Assembly: GCF_036588685.1 (NCBI RefSeq)
Contig: NC_086379.1
Span: forward strand, 35,650,001 to 35,714,000
Length of the DNA stretch: 64,000 nt
DNA from: Mytilus trossulus
Lineage: Eukaryota
Direction of reading: 5' to 3'
Within the stretch, counting starts at the first letter, position 1; each line of letters begins with the position of its first letter. The position numbers and the translations under genes were made by a program. Positions 61,936-64,000 of the stretch are shown here, piece by piece. The notes under the pieces were generated by a model. That model did not search any database and had not been told where the DNA came from. It saw only the letters and a program-made list of their open reading frames with translations.

Positions 61936-64000
61936 TTAAACCCTGCTAACTTCCATTGGCGATTGCCAAATAAATTGATCACAAGATGTAACAAAATGGA
62001 TCATAATATAAATTTGATACAAAATGGAAAACAATAAACTTGCGGCAATGATGTTAAACCACAAATATGAAGTGCAAACAAATTTGTACACCAGACCCGG
62101 ATTTCGACAATAAATGGTTATTTCGTGATGTTAGGAATCGAAACGGTATTTGGAAGGCCATATAATTTACCATAATTTAGGATATACTCTTGAATTGGCA
62201 GAAATAAAGTAGGATGAACGGATCATATAAACCGCAGCGCAAATAAGATACAAGCCCAAACGAAAAAATATAAACAAGTCTAAATTGACAACTACGTTCA
62301 AACCTATGATTGCGTTGGATAAACTTGGATGTCTAGCGAATAGTTATTAATTTCAGCTTTTAGTAGGCGACTTTATTTGTCTGTTCACTATATTGAGTGA
62401 GTGTTCAATGTATCAAATTATTTCTTTGTATAATCATTATAGTGGTAAAATGTGAATTAATATATGTTTTGAATGACGGAATGCTTTTAAAATGATTTCA
62501 TTTGAATCAAAGTTATACCATTGAAAATCGGTGAATAGTATAAGCTGACGTCATTCTTGAAAGGGTAAAGTAACCTGCGTATAATTACCCCTTACCGTAT
62601 TAAATTATCAATGGTTGCTAGGTTTTCAAAATCAACATATATCATGTTGTATCATGATAGCCGTACTTTGGTCCTCATATCAGTTAGCTAGTTATGTCTG
62701 ATGACACATGATGATCTAGATAATTGTTTCAGACCATTTACTTCAATTCCATTTTCTGCATATATTTTTTGTTGTTTTGCAAATAATTCTTGAATAAAGC
62801 ATCTCATAAAAATGTTATTATAATAGAATAATTTTGTTTACATTTATTCATTATTATCTAATTCATTAATCTTACCCTACCGAGACCCTCACATATCCTT
62901 TATCTTTTTGAGTATCAATTGTTCTTGACTGATAATACGGTCAAGAATAAAGCCTAAAAAATCAACCTTTTGTACTTCTCTCGTTGAAATGGGAACATTC
63001 TTAGGTATTGATTATTATTAATATAGGTTACTTATTTCAAGTTATGACCAAGTTTTTTTCAAATTTTTAACATTTTATTACACCAGGGCTTATAAGCCAC
63101 GCACAGTTTCTGTAATAATAGGTATGGTCATTGTGGAAAGTCGTTATGTGATTTTGTTATAAATTTGTTTACATTTTTATTGTTTGTTCTTCATGAAGAA
63201 TTGTTTAGTTTTCGACAATAATTAGTCTACAGTACACCTTAATTGTTTTGTGATTTAACTAATCATAGAAATTCTTGGAATCCTATGCTGACTATGAGGT
63301 GTTAATATTTCCTTATTTCTGAAGTTTTTATGGTGATCTATTATTGTGATAGGGGTCATAACATAATATATTTATTTTTGAAATCAATAAATATATGTCT
63401 AAAAATATGTGTTTTTTTTAAATTTTGCTTGAGTCAAGTCCTGGTAAATTGGCATTTTTAGGTCAAATAATCAAGACATAGTGTTTGTTACATCTAATTA
63501 ATAATCATACCACATCTTCTTATTTTCAAAAGGCATCGATAGCAGAGTGAAATAAACGAACAACTATATCACTTACCAATAAATCCGAAATGCCTTTCCC
63601 AGGGAAAAGTTGAGAATACATTAAAATAATTCTTTATAAGTTTTAGCTTTCTAAAAAGCTATGGACTGCTACGCTGACTACAATAATCTAAGGTCATATG
63701 TGTGCATGTGATTGTTAAATTAGTATTGGAAATGTGGCATTTTTAGATATTGATTGATATAAAATGGACCTACTTAAGAGTGTGCGTTATTCACCCATAC
63801 TTCTAAATTTCTAGTTGAAAATTAAAACAATTAGATAAATTTAAACACGACTCTCGATGTGTGCCTTTCTGGAGGTGTGCCTATATTGTCAGAAGTTGTA
63901 AAAAACGGTTTATGCATTTTTATAAACATTGTATGAAACAAATCGTGCAAATTGCAGAGTAACAAAGCAATTAAATACGTATTAATAATTAAGAAATAAT

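Noticed and set aside
62330-64000. Promoter or first non-coding exon of the RING-Ubl-TerD gene
   Set aside because: An upstream exon is implied by the acceptor at 56482, but no position can be supported from sequence alone.

Overview
AT-rich, intron-containing animal genomic DNA. The repeat content suggests a bivalve mollusc, probably Mytilus-like; this is an inference, not a tested assignment. I reconstructed three spliced genes by hand with consistent GT-AG boundaries and phases. (1) A compact 4-exon RecQ-family helicase (- strand, 6578->1671, about 434 aa). (2) An 8-coding-exon MPPE1/PGAP5/Cdc1-like membrane metallophosphoesterase (+ strand, 15132->35022, about 358 aa). (3) A 3-coding-exon RING-like + ubiquitin-like + TerD fusion gene (- strand, 56464->40943, about 354 aa). 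The most striking structure is a ~6.3-kb array of ~76 copies of an 83-bp unit that consists of the 3' end of MPPE1-like coding exon 7 plus its 5' splice site. A young, 5'-truncated RTE-X-like LINE is inserted in the array without a TSD. The rest is densely packed with mobile DNA: nested non-autonomous TIR transposons with TSDs, Helentron/HINE-like elements, Naiad-type Penelope-like retroelement relics with N-terminal GIY-YIG, minimal hammerhead ribozymes, and a tRNA-derived SINE-like repeat.
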